Source of the DNA: Balanoglossus misakiensis
Lineage: Eukaryota; Animalia; Hemichordata
Assembly (NCBI GenBank): GCA_040954595.2
Contig: CM082598.2
Span: forward strand, 9,687,097-9,751,096
Direction: 5' to 3'
Length of the DNA stretch: 64,000 bases
Part shown: one piece after another, positions 12,705 through 25,835 of the stretch
Numbering within the stretch: position 1 is the first letter of the stretch
How the letters are laid out: each line of letters begins with the position of its first letter
Made by a program: the position numbers and the translations under genes
The notes under the pieces: model-generated
The model's input: the letters and a program-made list of their open reading frames with translations, nothing else
Told to the model about the DNA's origin: nothing
Databases searched by the model: none

Positions 12705-13555
12705 CAGGGTTTGTACGCTCCTGGAAACTCCTGGAATTTGAAACCCCTCCTGGAAACTCTTGAAATCTTCTGGAAATTCAAAATTTCTCCTTGAAACTCC
12801 TGAAAAAACGCGAGTCAGGATCGCATTTCACCTGATCGTGAAACAGTACGCGTTGCCCATTTCACTCGGCGCCCAAGTTATCTTTAGACAGGCGTCCTAT
12901 AAATAGTATTGACGTAGTAACGCACAAAATTGCAACAACTAACGCAGCTCAGTTTTCGGTCGCAACAAAATATCTAAAACTTGACAAAAGATGTAGCAAC
13001 TTTTGTTAGAGGTCATGCCATGTGTCCGCGCGTCTGCAGAATACTTGTACAGACGGCCGCGGCAGACACCCGTGAGATCGATGTTCAAGGGCAATTAGTG
13101 ATGTCAAAAAGAAGCAAAAAAGGCAGGCGTTTGTTGTGTTTTTTCAGCAGCAAAACAGTAATTTCCATCAGTAATTTGTCGATTTTATCAGGACAGAAAG
13201 CATTGCTTTAGGGACCGTTCAGTTTTTACGGACGAGGGGGGGGGGGTCACTTAAATTTTAGTCAAATATGCTAAATGATTTGGGAACCCAGGAGATCTCT
13301 GGGTGAAAATTGTTTTACTAGGTCTTCATGGGGAGGTCATTGAAATTTGTACTATCACAGTCAAAAGTCTTTAAATGATTTGTTAAACTAGAATAACAAG
13401 TGCACGTGAATGTAACAGTAATAGTAAAGTTGCACAATTTTGTTGCGTAAAACATCCTGGAAAATGGCATTTTTACCACAAAAACTCCTGGAAAATTACT
13501 GGAAATCTCCTGGAAACTCCTGGAATTTTGAATTGCTCTAGGTGTATGAACCCTG
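12705..13555. mobile_element. hAT-like MITE with 5-bp TSD, nested in a Kolobok-like MITE
   Basis: ctcta|cagggtt...aaccctg|ctcta; sub-terminal cctggaaa repeats; splits agcctcta/gagctgcc host end. Confidence 0.75.
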
Positions 13556-14142
13556 CTCTAGAGCTGCCACTTTTTGCATTATTTTCATGATTTTGTTTTC
13601 CAACTTAAATTGGTCCATCTTAATAAGCTTACTGATAGGTATGCATGAACACCTCCATACAAACAGTACCCAGCTATCGTGGTATGTGTCACCAAGAGAT
13701 GACAAGCTGATGCAAATGCAAATAACATGGCTTAGTTAATGGTGAGGATTTTAGAGGATAGGGAATAGATTGAAAGTATTTTACTGTAGAAAGAAATATG
13801 AAAAGAGTTGTTTCTTGTCTCAGCATTAAAACCCCAGTAACTCTGACTTTTATGAGTATTTTTCTCCAATGTATCAACTCTCGTCTCTTCTTCTTTTCTT
13901 GATAAATTTATGAAATGTTCAGTCGTTAGGTCTCAACAGAGCCTGTGTATGAGTAACGGCCATTGTTATTGTTAATAAATGAATTCAAGTTCTTTTTAAA
14001 TAACAATTCTAATTTCTACAAAAGGGTTGTGTTGAAAATCCAACTATTCTTTTTTACAGAGTAGAACAACAAACCGCAGTTGATACCTAAAACAAAAATT
14101 ACTGAGAAAGTTATCCCAAATTTCGAGTTACTGGAGCTATAA

Positions 14143-14607
14143 AGGGACAAAGTCTCTCTCTTGCTGCCGTTTTTCCATTAGCTATGTTTGATACAAGACA
14201 CCATTTATGTTAATGTACATGTGGATATAATAATATAGTGAATGAACGTTCGACCACACACACCTTCTATTGCACTTGTTAACACGAGAGTGAAAAACTC
14301 GCCAAAATGAATAATCGGTCCTTACCGCTTATTCATTTGGGGCGATTCCTTGTTAATTTTTTTACATTCCGTATTTCTATGTGATTAGATCATATCTGCT
14401 TGCAATGTCACCTGTAATTTTTATTCTGGTGTATCCCTATTTCTGCGTAATCCTCCAATGGGACCACAGTGTCCTTGACGCTATTTTTACTCTCATATCA
14501 TACAAGAGGGATGGAAGTTGTGTGGTTGAAGGTACACTAACATAAACGGTGTCTTGTCTCAAACAAAATTAATAGAAAAAGGGAAGCGAGAGAGAGACTT
14601 TGTCCCT
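14143..14607. mobile_element. Kolobok-like MITE family (fragments also ~15710-15900, ~24005-24283, ~36597-37787)
   Basis: TIR agggacaaagtctctctc / gagagagactttgtccct followed by ttaa. Confidence 0.6.
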
Positions 14608-14658
14608 TTAAATATTTATTTAGCCTTCCTGAACTAAGTATCCTTGCTTTAATTTCAG

Positions 14659-14871
14659 GCACTTGATAAAATGGAAAGTGAATGGAAGCCAGTGAATTTT
14701 GAAATCATGTCATACAAAGACACAGGTACTTATATCATGAAAGGTTCTGATGAATGTACACAACTGTTAGATGATCACATCGTCATGACACAGAGTATGT
14801 CATTTTCACCATACAAGAAACCATTTGAAGAAAGAATCTCAACTTGGGAAGGCAAACTCAGAATGACCCAG
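14659..14871 (+). CDS. DNAH1: Dynein heavy chain exon I (ALDKMESEW...KLRMTQ)
   Basis: tttcag acceptor, cag|gtaaga donor; LLDDHIVMTQSMSFSPYKKPFE. Confidence 0.93.
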
Positions 14872-15191
14872 GTAAGAATCAAATTTATCGCGATATTAGG
14901 AGTCTCACAGATTGCCGTGTGTTTGAGGTCAAAGGCAAAAAATTAAATTTGTTGATCTTAGCCATGATTGTGCTATAGTGGTGGGGTCTATCAGAGTTTC
15001 TATCTGTAAAGTGACAAAATGTAAAACATTCACAATGACATTTTCTGATGACAATTGCCATGACTTAAAGTGGAGATGTTGTTAGTTTGAAGTTAGCATT
15101 AGTGTTGTAAAAAACCTTGTAGGATTTTAATATGCATCTTTGTAATTGTATGGGACATGTTAAAATGCTGTAATAATTATATTCTCTGTAG

Positions 15192-15356
15192 GATGTGTTG
15201 GATGAATGGCTTAACTGTCAGAGAGCATGGCTTTACTTGGAACCTATCTTCAGCTCAGAAGACATCAATAGACAACTTCCAGTGGAAAGTAAACGATATC
15301 AAACCATGGACAGAATGTGGAGACGAATCATGAAAAATGCCAAAGAGAATCCACAG
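15192..15356 (+). CDS. DNAH1: Dynein heavy chain exon J (DVLDEWLNCQRAWLYLEPIFSSEDI...ENPQ)
   Basis: ctgtag acceptor, cag|gtgagg donor. Confidence 0.93.
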
Positions 15357-16025
15357 GTGAGGAGCGAAAGTAGCACTTTGTATACTATACCAGGTCAGGG
15401 TTCAACTCTCTTGCAAAGTTATGAAAATTTGTAGAGTCCCACAGGTTCCGTTAGATTTTTTTCTATGCGTTCTCTAAAACGCATTCAGAATTTCCTTTGC
15501 GTAAAATGTAAAAAAATTGCGTAGGCAGTTTAAAGACTGTAATAGAACTCCACAGTACCTTGTTAAAAAGTCTATTCTGTCATGTTGCCTGGGTGAAAAT
15601 TGCAACATTTCTGTGCATAAATGTTGCAAAGTTACGTTTGCCCATGTTATTTTTAGCTTGTAAGCCTTGCTCAATACAATTTGCATCCTGTTTGTAGGAT
15701 ATGAGAGCAAAAATCTCGCCAAAATGAATAAATGGTTGAGACCGATTATTCATTTTGGCGAGTTTTTTTCACTCTCATGACAACAAGTGGGATGCAAGTT
15801 GTGTGTGGTCGAACGTTGATTCACTATATATCCATATGCATCTTTGTAATTGTATGGGACATGTATAAAAAGGGCAGTGAGAGAGAGACTTTGTTCCTTT
15901 AATGTAATTTTTGTGTTGGTTGTCCTGATTACATTAATCTGGTTGAAATGTATGCCTTATTAAAAGCTGTTTTACTGTCTTATCTATGAAAGTGACAAAG
16001 AACTACGTTTACTTTTTCTTGACAG

Positions 16026-16253
16026 GTGATCTCACTTTGTCCAGATGCCCGTCTCCTCGACAACCTCAAGGAGTGTAATAAACTATTGGAACAAGTCCAG
16101 AAGGGTCTGAGTGAATACTTGGAAACAAAACGTTCATCTTTCCCCCGCTTCTTCTTTCTGTCAGATGATGAGTTGTTGGAGATTTTGTCACAGACGAAAG
16201 ATCCAACTGCCGTGCAGCCACATTTGAGAAAATGTTTTGAAAATATTGCCAAG
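16026..16253 (+). CDS. DNAH1: Dynein heavy chain exon K (VISLCPD...[18 protein letters not shown]...ENIAK)
   Basis: tgacag acceptor, aag|gtaagc donor; FPRF.FLS motif. Confidence 0.94.
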
Positions 16254-17737
16254 GTAAGCAAGATTCAACTGGTTGTTGGTTTTTGACTACACAGTTTAAA
16301 TTATATTTATAAATTATGTATGTTCAGTAAAATTGAAAGTATTGTCCATTTCTTTAAATTGTTGATTTTTGGATTCTCCTTTGTATGTATAATGGAAATC
16401 GGTAATAAAATATAAGGGTGAACATGCTTGTTTTTGAAATACAGCATTTTTCACCAATGTTTGTCTATGAGCAAACATTTTAATGAAATTTATCTCAAAA
16501 TAAAGTATGGTGACCACAAGATTTTATTTGGCCAATGAATTTATATTTACTTTATAACTGTGCTATGTGTAAAATTTCATGAAAATGACGATAGTAGTAT
16601 GTTTTCTAGCTATTCTCCATATAATCCTATAGGGAAAAGACATATGCACTGTTTATCAGTTTATGCCACACTTGTTCATTAGGGGCCCAAGCCCCTATGG
16701 GCGGGGCCCCTATTGGTATTGCTGGCATTTTTAGGGCCCAAGCGCTGCTAATGGTTTTACTGGGGTTTTTTGGCTGCTTGGCTTGGGCCCTATTGGTATT
16801 ACTGGCTTTTTTCTTCTACTGTCTTCTTCTGTCGTTTTTTCGGCCACTAGGATCTTGAAAACGGCTGAACCTACAAATCTCAAACTTGGCACAATTGTGC
16901 AGGCCTATGAGAGCTGGTGCAGTACCCTTGTGAATGTTTAATAAGTCACGTGACCCGATGACCATATATGGGCAAAGTTTTCAAATTGGCTTAATTTGCA
17001 TATGAATGGAGATATCAAAATTCTGTGACGATACTTTGTGGACCATGTGGTCAGTGTCCTACATGCCAAATATCAAGGCCGTGGGCCAAGTCCATTTTGA
17101 GAAGAAAACTTTTAAATATTATTAGTTTTCCATATTTTTGGACCCAGCCATGGGCCTATACTTTCTATAGTTAAGCTATGACGCTATGTACACGTCTGTG
17201 TAATGGTCCTGTACAGTGACTCTCTATTGGCCCGTGAGCAGAATTGGAACACAATAAAAGGCTAAATTTTGGGCTCACCTGTAACACCTGCTTAACTCAT
17301 TAATTATGTGCATACCTAATTCCAGGCTAGAGTTTTGTTCTTGTGGGACATGGACCAGTATGGGATCATAAATGTTTGCCCAAATTTTGGGTGACCTCAG
17401 GTGACCTTTGACCTACTTCCCTATATATCAGCATCCAGAGCAGGTACAGACTTGGCGTTTGGAGGGTTGGGACTAAAATTGAAAATTGGGGGTCACCTGT
17501 GACACCTGCTTATCTCATTAATTATGTGCATACCTAATTCCAGGCTAGCCAATAGGGCTAGAGGTTTGATTTTTGTTGAACATGGACCAGTATGGGGTCA
17601 AAATTTCTTGCCCAAATTTTGGGTGACCTCATGTGACCTTTGACCTACTTTACCATATCTCGGCATCCGCAGCAGATACAGCCTTGGCATTTGGAGGGAT
17701 GGAACTGCTGATGGAGCCTTACACTTTACCTCATTAA

Positions 17738-18456
17738 CCCTTAAAGTGCTTTAAAATTCTAAGGTACACGACCCCCCCCCCCCAGGCCCAGGACTTTTTG
17801 CAAGTAACAACAAAATCTCGATGTCCCAAAATATTTTGCTCTAACTTCACAGAATTTCAAACAAAAGTCAAAGGAGTGACATTTTAAGATACAAAGGTAT
17901 AAATATAAGTATGTAGACACACTGTCGAAAACACGGTCGCACGCGTTCGACTGACCGCTCAATGCAGTCGCGATCACGCGCGCGACCACCCGCTCTCGAC
18001 ATCGGCTCCAAAGCCGTTGTCACAGTCGGGATTACTAATGGCCTTGATCGGTATAAAATTGTAGTCAATGAACCCCCCCAAAAAATCGTAATCATTGTTG
18101 AAGTCGCTGTCATGAAAATGTCCAGTGAAAAATTTGCTGTCTTCCGGGTTTACAAAGTGAAGGAAGGACGCATAATGTCAAAGGTCACGTAATTAGGTCA
18201 TGTCGATAACACGATCGTTTTTCTCTGGAACGTTCTACTGACATCATTTCCCGCCCAGAATAAATTAATTTATAATGAGTTTCATTCATCTACGACCCAA
18301 GTACGTCATTATTTTTACCATATATGGCACGAACTACAGATAAGCCTCGCCTATTTTCATGTGATTGACAACTGTACGTTGTCGATGTATACATCGACAT
18401 GGCCAGACAATGCGGAAGTACCTGTCGATCTATACATCGACGCGGCGCTTTGAGGG
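17738..18456. mobile_element. piggyBac-like MITE, TTAA TSD
   Basis: ttaa|cccttaaagtgc ... gcgctttgaggg|ttaa interrupting host unit ctcattaattatgtgc. Confidence 0.8.
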
Positions 18457-20139
18457 TTAATTATGTGCATACCTAATTCCAGACTAACCAATAGGGCTAG
18501 AGGTTTTGTTCTTGTGGGACCAGTATGGGGTCAAAATTTTTTGCCCAAATTTTGAGTGACCTCAGGTGACCTTTGACCTACTTTCCTATATCTCCGCATC
18601 CAGATCAGGTACAGCCTTGGCATTTGGAGGGATGGAACTCCCAATGGAGTCTTACACTTTACCTCATTAATTATGTGCATACCTAATTCTAATTATGTGC
18701 ATACCTAATTCTAGGCTCACCAATAGGGCTAGAGCTTTTGTTCTTGTGGGAAATGGACCAGTATGGGGTCAAAAAAAATTGACAAAATTTTGGGTAACCT
18801 CAGGTGACCTTTGACCTACTTTCCTATATCTCAGCATCCAGATCAGGTACAGACTTGGCATGTGGAGGGATGGAACTCCCAATGGAGTCTTACACTTTAC
18901 CTCATTAATTATGTGCATACCTAATTCTAGGCGAACCAATGGGGCTAGAGGTTTTGTTCTTGTGGGATATGGACAAGTATGGGGTCAAAATTTTTTCCCA
19001 AATTTCTAGTGACCTCACATGACCTTTGACGTAAATATGACGTAAATGTGAAATAATGTAATGTTACCACTATATTGCTATGTGTGCTATGTTGGCTTGT
19101 GCCTGCTATTGCTGCTAAATTGGCAGCTATATTTCTTCTTCTTTTTCTTCTTCTTGGGCACTTTCATCGGCCACTAGGATCTTGAAAACGGCTAAACCTA
19201 CAATTCTCAAACTTGGCACAATGATGCAGGCCAATGAGATCTGGTGCAGTACGTTCGTGAATGTTTAATTAGTCACATGACCTGATGACCATAGAAGGGC
19301 AAAATTTTCAAATTGCTCTCATTCGCATACAATTGACGAATCACAATTATTTTAAGATGCTTTGTGAACCATATTGCCATGGTCCTACATGCCAAATTTC
19401 ATGGTCCTAGGGTATGCCGATTTTGAGAAGAAGATTTTTGATCATTATTTTTCATATTTTTGCATTGACCATGGGGGGTCTGGACCAAGGCATAGGCTTT
19501 ACTATACCTGTATAGTATTAGTAAAGCAATGACAACATCGTATTCAAGTATGAAGGACCCAATGAACAAACCTCAAATTTGGCACAGTGGACAGGGCAAT
19601 AAGTACCTTACCTGTGAATATATAATTAGTCAAGTGACATGATTACCATATAAGGGCAAAATTTACATATAAGCTATGACAACACCATATTCAAGCATGA
19701 AGGACCCAATGAACAAACCTCAAATTTGGCACAGTGGACAGGGCAATAAGTACCTTACCTGTGAATATATAATTAGTCAAGTGACATGATTACCATATAA
19801 GGGCAAAATTTACATATAAGCTATGACAACACCATATTCAAGCATGAAGGACTCAATGTACAAACCTCAAATTTGGCACAGTGGACAGGGCCAATGAGTA
19901 GACATGTTCCTAACCCGTGAATAGATAATTAGTCACATGACATGATGCCCATATAAGGGCAAAATTTACAAATCAGCTATGACATCATATTCAAGCATGA
20001 ATGACTCATGTCCAAATCTCAAACTTGGCACAGGGCCAATGATTGGATATGTACCTAACCCGTGAATATATAATTAGTCACGTGACATGATGACCATATA
20101 AGGGCCAAATTTACAAAAAGGCTATGACAACATCGTATT

Positions 20140-22057
20140 TAAATAATAACATGGTCATGGTCACCAACCCTTGGGCAGGCAACAAATTGTGATATTGCCC
20201 TCGCTATCATGTGTTATTTATTTTATTACACCGAACATTCACACAACATACAAGACAAATATCACACAGTCAGGATTTATATTACCACAACAGTTTAATG
20301 GCCAAACACGAAAATCTGAATTCCATTATGAACATGTTTTGTATTTTATAAAATGCATACACTTTAATAAAGAACAATTCTCAACACCAATGAAAACATA
20401 CTTGTCGTTCAGTTTGTGCCCACTTATCATTTAATCTGTTACCAACAATAAACACACTGGGCATATTTCACAAAAGAGAAATTGTCAATTACAGTCATTG
20501 TTTCTGTCCAAGAAAAATGTTAAAATTTCCTCCTGTGATCGTTGCAACTGCAAACAGGGATGCTGCTGCTGATTTGGGTGCGGGTATGTCTATATTGATA
20601 TTTGGCTGGGCCACACCACTGAAAGCAGGCTGCGAACTGATAGATGACAGTGGTGAGCGATGTGCTTGTGGGGGGCTTGATGTTGCGATGGCGTTGGATG
20701 CACAGTGGTCACTATTTTCGTCAGCAGCAGACACTTGACCATGGTTGTAGGTGTTACTTGTTGATGGTGTCATTGTTGCGGATGAAAGGGTTTCTGCCAT
20801 AAATTTCTTCTGCTGGATTGACGTATCCCTGACATAGGAAGTGATGCTCCCTTCGTTTCGATGGCGGCTCACACTCATGATGTGCCTATTGTTGAAGCCG
20901 GATTCGCTAAGAAGTGTGATGGACGTGGCACGAATACAATGATTTGTGTAGCTTTGACTTAATTCTGCTGCTGCAGATATAGTGGCCATCATCGCCGATA
21001 ATGTATTTTTGCCGAGTGGTTTGTTCTCGTACCACAGAGCGTCGTCAGTACTGTAGTTTAATATCGCGTGGTCGTTGAAAAAGTGCGTCGCATTTACGGT
21101 TTATCTTCGAAATATACCGTTCGTAGGCACGAACGGGGCACCGAGATAAATTGGTGGGGTTGGCATACATGATTCCGCCCGACACACCATCGTCATCATA
21201 TTGGTGATTTTTTGTTACCTCGCTCCCAACTTGGATCACGTACTTATTCCCACGGTCGTCCGTGTTAACCTGAAAGTTTTCAGGACGGAGATCACGCTGC
21301 CCTTCTCTACCACGGCGACAAACATACAACATGATATCGAACCATACCTTGTGCAGAAGTAAAGTTGCGTCGGTATTCGAGCGACTGAAGTAGGTGGCTA
21401 GTTTAGCGAGATCGCCCGGGAGTATGGCCTGTTTGTGTACAACATTTCCTTTGCCCTGGCTTTTCAGTTGCTTGCAAACTGCACTAAACATCTTCCGGCT
21501 AGTAGAAAACTCATCGCCATCAACTATATCGAAATTTCGGCGCATTGGTGGCTGATTGAAAAATCCCTGAATGCCGTATCGAAGTGATTGAAGAGACTTG
21601 TTCGTATATAGTTCACCTTTCTGAGTTCGCACTTCAGCGTAGAATGTAGTCAGGGCTGCGTCCAGAGTCGTCGCTGTGAAGGTCTCGATCTCCCGGTGAC
21701 CATATCCGTACTTGGCACTGAGATAATTTCGGAAAACGGATACTGCATTGTTGGTCGCTACTCTCGTGTTTTTGCTGTCCATTTGAAGTAAAATATCATC
21801 CAGTTGAGCTGGTGTCAAATCAGCGTGTCGTTTTGAAGCCATAGTGGTGGTGCGTTAAAGGGAAAGGGTTTGTTGTGAACGACAATTTGTTGATGCGCAG
21901 AAATGGTGCGCAGAACACCAAAACAACCCAGCGAGCTATATCAGCGCACGCGACAGGGCTTTATCAACTCTAGCCATGTTATATCACTTTTTTTTCTATG
22001 TCACGTGAGTGCGTCTCAGCCAATCACGAATACGAGATAATACGTGAGGTGTAATAA
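20140..22057 (-). mobile_element. Crypton-type tyrosine-recombinase DNA transposon
   Basis: Interrupts host tandem unit catcgtat|tcaagcatgaagg with no TSD; sub-terminal IR ttattacacc/ggtgtaataa; contains YR gene. Confidence 0.85.
20495..21842 (-). pseudogene. Crypton tyrosine recombinase (DUF3504/QRICH1-KCTD1-like fold), ~448 aa once a 1-nt frameshift at 21057-21059 is corrected
   Basis: Motifs CRRGREGQR, TKNHQ, CPV, LFQRP, WYENKPLGKNTL, YTNHCIRAT, IMSVSRHRNEGSITSY: catalytic R-K-HxxR-H-Y all present. Confidence 0.85.
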
Positions 22058-23027
22058 TCAAGCATGAAGGACTCAATGTAGCAATCTCAAACTTGGCACT
22101 GTGGATGGGGCCAATATGTAGATGTGACCCCAACAATTAATAGTAATTAGTCATGTGACCTAGCCATAGGCCTATACCTGTACAATGCAGCTATCACATC
22201 TATTATGGCATTCTGGTCCTGGACAGCCAATGTTCACAGCAGCTTGCCAGCGATCAGCATGGGGCCGAAATGAGAAGCCAAATTTCGGGTGACCCCTTGA
22301 CCTTTGACCCACCTTGAAAAACACATATCTACTTCTACGTTTTACAAATACACCTAGGGAGCTGATTTTTGGTGGACAGGTACAATTATCAGACCAAATC
22401 ATTTCGCCACAATGTCACGTGACCTCGGTGACCTTTGACCTATATATAACATAAATGCTCATAAGTACATAACTATTAGACCTACAGACTTAATATTTGG
22501 TGGGATAAAGCATACACATGTACTTGTTACCCCATGACCTTTGACCTAATTAATTATGTGCATACCTAATTCCAGGCTTACCAATAGGGCTAGAGGTTTT
22601 GTTTCTGTTGGACATGGACAAGTATGGGGTCCAATTTTTTCCATCAAATTTTGGATGACCTCAGGTGACCTTTGATCTACTTTCTTATATCTCGGCCTCC
22701 AGAGCAGGTATAGCCTTAGCATTTGGAGGGATGGGACTAAAATGACAAGCCGAATATTGAGGTCACCTGTACAACTGCTTAACTCATTAATTATGTGCAT
22801 ACCTAATTCCAGGCGAACCAATAGGGCTGAAGGTTTGGTTTCTGATGGACCTGGACCAGTATGGGGTCAAAATTTTTTGCCCAAATTTCGGGTGACCTCA
22901 GATGACCATTTTGGCTTGGGCCCCGCCATTGCTGCTTGCAGCTATATTTTGTCTTGCTTTTGTTGTGAGACCTAACCAAAGAAAGTATGAAAAGTGTGGT
23001 TGATTTTTGTCTGTATCTTTGTTGCAG

Positions 23028-23207
23028 TTGACATTTGAAAGTGATCTGAAGATTACAGAAATGTTTTCAGGAGAAGGTGAGAAGGTACCATTTAGTCAAT
23101 CTATGTATCCTGAGGGAAATGTGGAAGATTGGATGACAGAGATTGAAAAGACTATGAAAGAAAGTCTTCGAGAAATTACAGGAAGGGCCATTGCTAAATA
23201 CCCAGAG
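23028..23207 (+). CDS. DNAH1: Dynein heavy chain exon L (LTFESDLK...AKYPE)
   Basis: ttgcag acceptor, gag|gtaaga donor; GNVEDWM. Confidence 0.92.
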
Positions 23208-23729
23208 GTAAGAACTACATGTAGTATGTAAATCAACTGTACATACCATACCATTCAACGAATTTATGAAATGCGAGATCTTGTTTCCATAAACATCCCT
23301 ATTTGGGGCCAAGGCCTGTGGCCGATGGGCCCTATTGGAATCGTCAGACTTCATCTGTTCTACTGCATTTATTTACCAAGTATTAATTTTAATGTGATAT
23401 AACACTCTTGAGTCCAACTGTATGATTTTAACTTATGCTTAACTTCTTGAATAGTCCAACGGTATGATTACAATTTCTGCTTTGCTCATTAACTTGGGCC
23501 CCGCCAATGGAGACTGGCAGCCATTTTGAATGTCAAATTTGAGACAATATGGGTGTTGGCCAGCTGTCTCATTCAAAATTTTTGCATGAAGACCCATATG
23601 TCTTGTTCACAATGTTAAGGGAGAATAAAGTTGCATTGAGCAAATATGAGAAAAAAGTTGGTCTTTTATTTTTAAGGTGCATACCACCTTCAACAAATCG
23701 AATTATGATTATGTGACCTGTTGATTTAG

Positions 23730-23867
23730 ATGCCACGTACAGAATGGGTGTTGAATTGGCCTGGCCAGATTGTTATTGCTGGATGTCAGGTATTTTGGAC
23801 CAAAATGGTTGAAGATGCCATCCAGGCTGATCAGCTTGCTGAACTGCTGGAAACACTCAAGGAACAA
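23730..23867 (+). CDS. DNAH1: Dynein heavy chain exon M (MPRTEWVLNWPGQIVIAGCQVFWT...LKEQ); not in ORF track
   Basis: atttag acceptor, caa|gtaagt donor; hand-translated. Confidence 0.92.
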
Positions 23868-24788
23868 GTAAGTTATATTGAATAGTTCCATTCCTGGAAA
23901 GGAAAGGAAATTCCCTGTTGCAACTAGGCAGATTTAGCCAAGATTCAGTGGACAGGTTTGAGGTTAATGTACATAGACATACCCACACTGCCTTAAAAAT
24001 AAATGTGTTAATATACATGTGGATATATAGTGAATCAATCTTCGACCACACACAACTTACACGAGAGTGAAAAACTCGCCAAAATAAAAAAACAAACAAC
24101 GTAGAGACCGATTATTCATTTTGGCGAGTTTTTCACTCTCGTGTCTACAAGTGGGATGGAAGTTGTGTGTGGTCGAACGTTGATTCACTATGTATCCACA
24201 TGTAGAATAACATAAACAGTGTCTTGTATCAAACATAATAAATGGAAAAAGGGGAGCGAGAGAGAGAGAGACTTTGTCCCTTTAAATTGTAATTTGGCCA
24301 AACCACCAAATTAAGTACTGCAAATGTGCGTCAAAGCCAGGACAGATGTTGCTCATCATTTCAGTGACAGATGTGTCATATTTGGTGTACGACATCTTTA
24401 CCATAGAACTTCTTGAATGATCTTACTATTTGACTTTCTGACAATCCCTTTCTCGCTAGCGTTATTGCCAATATAATTTTGTCTTATTTGAAAATCTTCA
24501 TATTAGTCACAAACTTTAACATATCTGAGGAGTTGAAATGTATAAGTCTGTCCATATATCCAGCCATGTGTGACAAGCATTAGTGAGGCTTTTTTTTATA
24601 ATAAATAGCCAAAATTTTAAGCTAGTGGAGATTTTGATGATATTCCTTTGAGATGGTCTGTGCATACAGACACCACACTGCAGTTTATGCATGTATGTAC
24701 ATTTGGCCTTGGAATCTTTTTCTCTTTTCTAGCTGTTATTTATCTTTGTTGAAAAGGATTGATGTAAATTTATTTATGTTGTTTACAG

Positions 24789-24952
24789 ATCAATGACCTG
24801 GTTGCATTAGTGCGTGGTGATTTGTCCAAACTGCATCGTATGATAATGTCTGCATTGATTGTCATTGAAGTTCATGCACGTGATGTGGTAGCGTCTATGG
24901 TTGATGAAGGAGTGAAAAATATCAACGACTTTGAATGGATCAGTCAACTCAG
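24789..24952 (+). CDS. DNAH1: Dynein heavy chain exon N ([10 protein letters not shown]...[11 protein letters not shown]...DFEWISQL); not in ORF track
   Basis: ttacag acceptor, ag|gtgagt donor. Confidence 0.93.
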
Positions 24953-24979
24953 GTGAGTAGCCAGACAACAGAATAAAAA

Positions 24980-25330
24980 TAATTATAATAATATTTATTT
25001 TTTATAGAGCGCATTACATTTAATAAATCTCAATGCGCTTTACACAACACTAAAATGGAAAAGGTAAAAACTCCTAAAAAACTCACAGAGACAGAATAAT
25101 TAAAAAACATGTCTAGGAATAAAATGATCTAAAAAGGCACGTTTTTAACTGACTTCAAATGAGGAGCACATACGGAAAAGGCTCTATTGCCATAAAAAGC
25201 CGTGTTGCAGACAGGCTGATGTAAAATGATCGCACCACTAGACTGTGACCTAAGTGTGCGGCCCGTGTGACGTACTGTAAGCATTTCTGCTAGATACTCA
25301 AGGGATTTTGATTTTGTTAAATAGACCACA
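24980..25330 (-). mobile_element. L2-type LINE 3' fragment
   Basis: ORF peptide RTLRS...YGNRAFSVCAP; minus-strand tail tgtaaagcgcattgag...gcgctctataaa then AATAAA. Confidence 0.7.
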
Positions 25331-25630
25331 AATAGTTTTCTTTTTGGTTTGTAGCTTCCAGCACATCAAATTATCTAAGTTATCACAGGACTTGTTATCT
25401 AGCCAGAACAAAAGTCTCAGTCTGATGTTGTTTCTTATTGAAGTGGAAGTGGATTGAAGTTGGCCACCAAAGTTCATTTTATACCAGGTTCACACAGGAT
25501 AAAATTTGAGACACTATTTGCCTACACAGAGCATTAATCCTTTGAGTCGCCTTGTGTCAACACACATGTAAAAGACAATGGTTTGCAGAGATGAGAATTG
25601 CACTTTAACAAACACTGTTTTATTTGTTAG

Positions 25631-25835
25631 GTATTACTGGGTGGATGATTTTCTGTATGTACGTGCTGTAAATGCAGAATTTCCATATGGATTTGAATAC
25701 CTTGGTAACACAGGCCGTCTTGTCATCACACCATTGACTGATAGATGTTATCTGACCCTGACTGGTGCATTGCATCTCAAATTTGGTGGTGCTCCGGCTG
25801 GACCAGCTGGTACTGGCAAAACAGAGACAACCAAG
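25631..25835 (+). CDS. DNAH1: Dynein heavy chain exon O (YYW...[19 protein letters not shown]...[12 protein letters not shown]), AAA1 P-loop
   Basis: tgttag acceptor, aag|gtagga donor; Walker A. Confidence 0.96.

Larger units (their letters stand above)
16679..22950 (+). mobile_element. HINE-like element, family 2, with internal tandem arrays and nested insertions (related: ~25965-28022, short ~23303-23510)
   Basis: 5' gggcccaagc..gcttgggccc palindrome; ~240-bp tandem units 17270-19030 and 22546-22910; ~125-147-bp units 19530-20139; 3' gcttgggcccc + gctgcttgcagc hairpin. Confidence 0.6.

Noticed and set aside
21025-21060. Small intron or programmed frameshift in the Crypton recombinase
   Set aside because: The nearby GT..AG span is only ~26 nt and would remove the conserved WY motif; no canonical slippery heptamer. 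A 1-nt insertion or sequencing error is simpler.
20495-21842. Prophage integrase or bacterial contamination
   Set aside because: Motifs are of the animal Crypton/DUF3504 type, no phage genes are nearby, and it is cleanly inserted in a host repeat.
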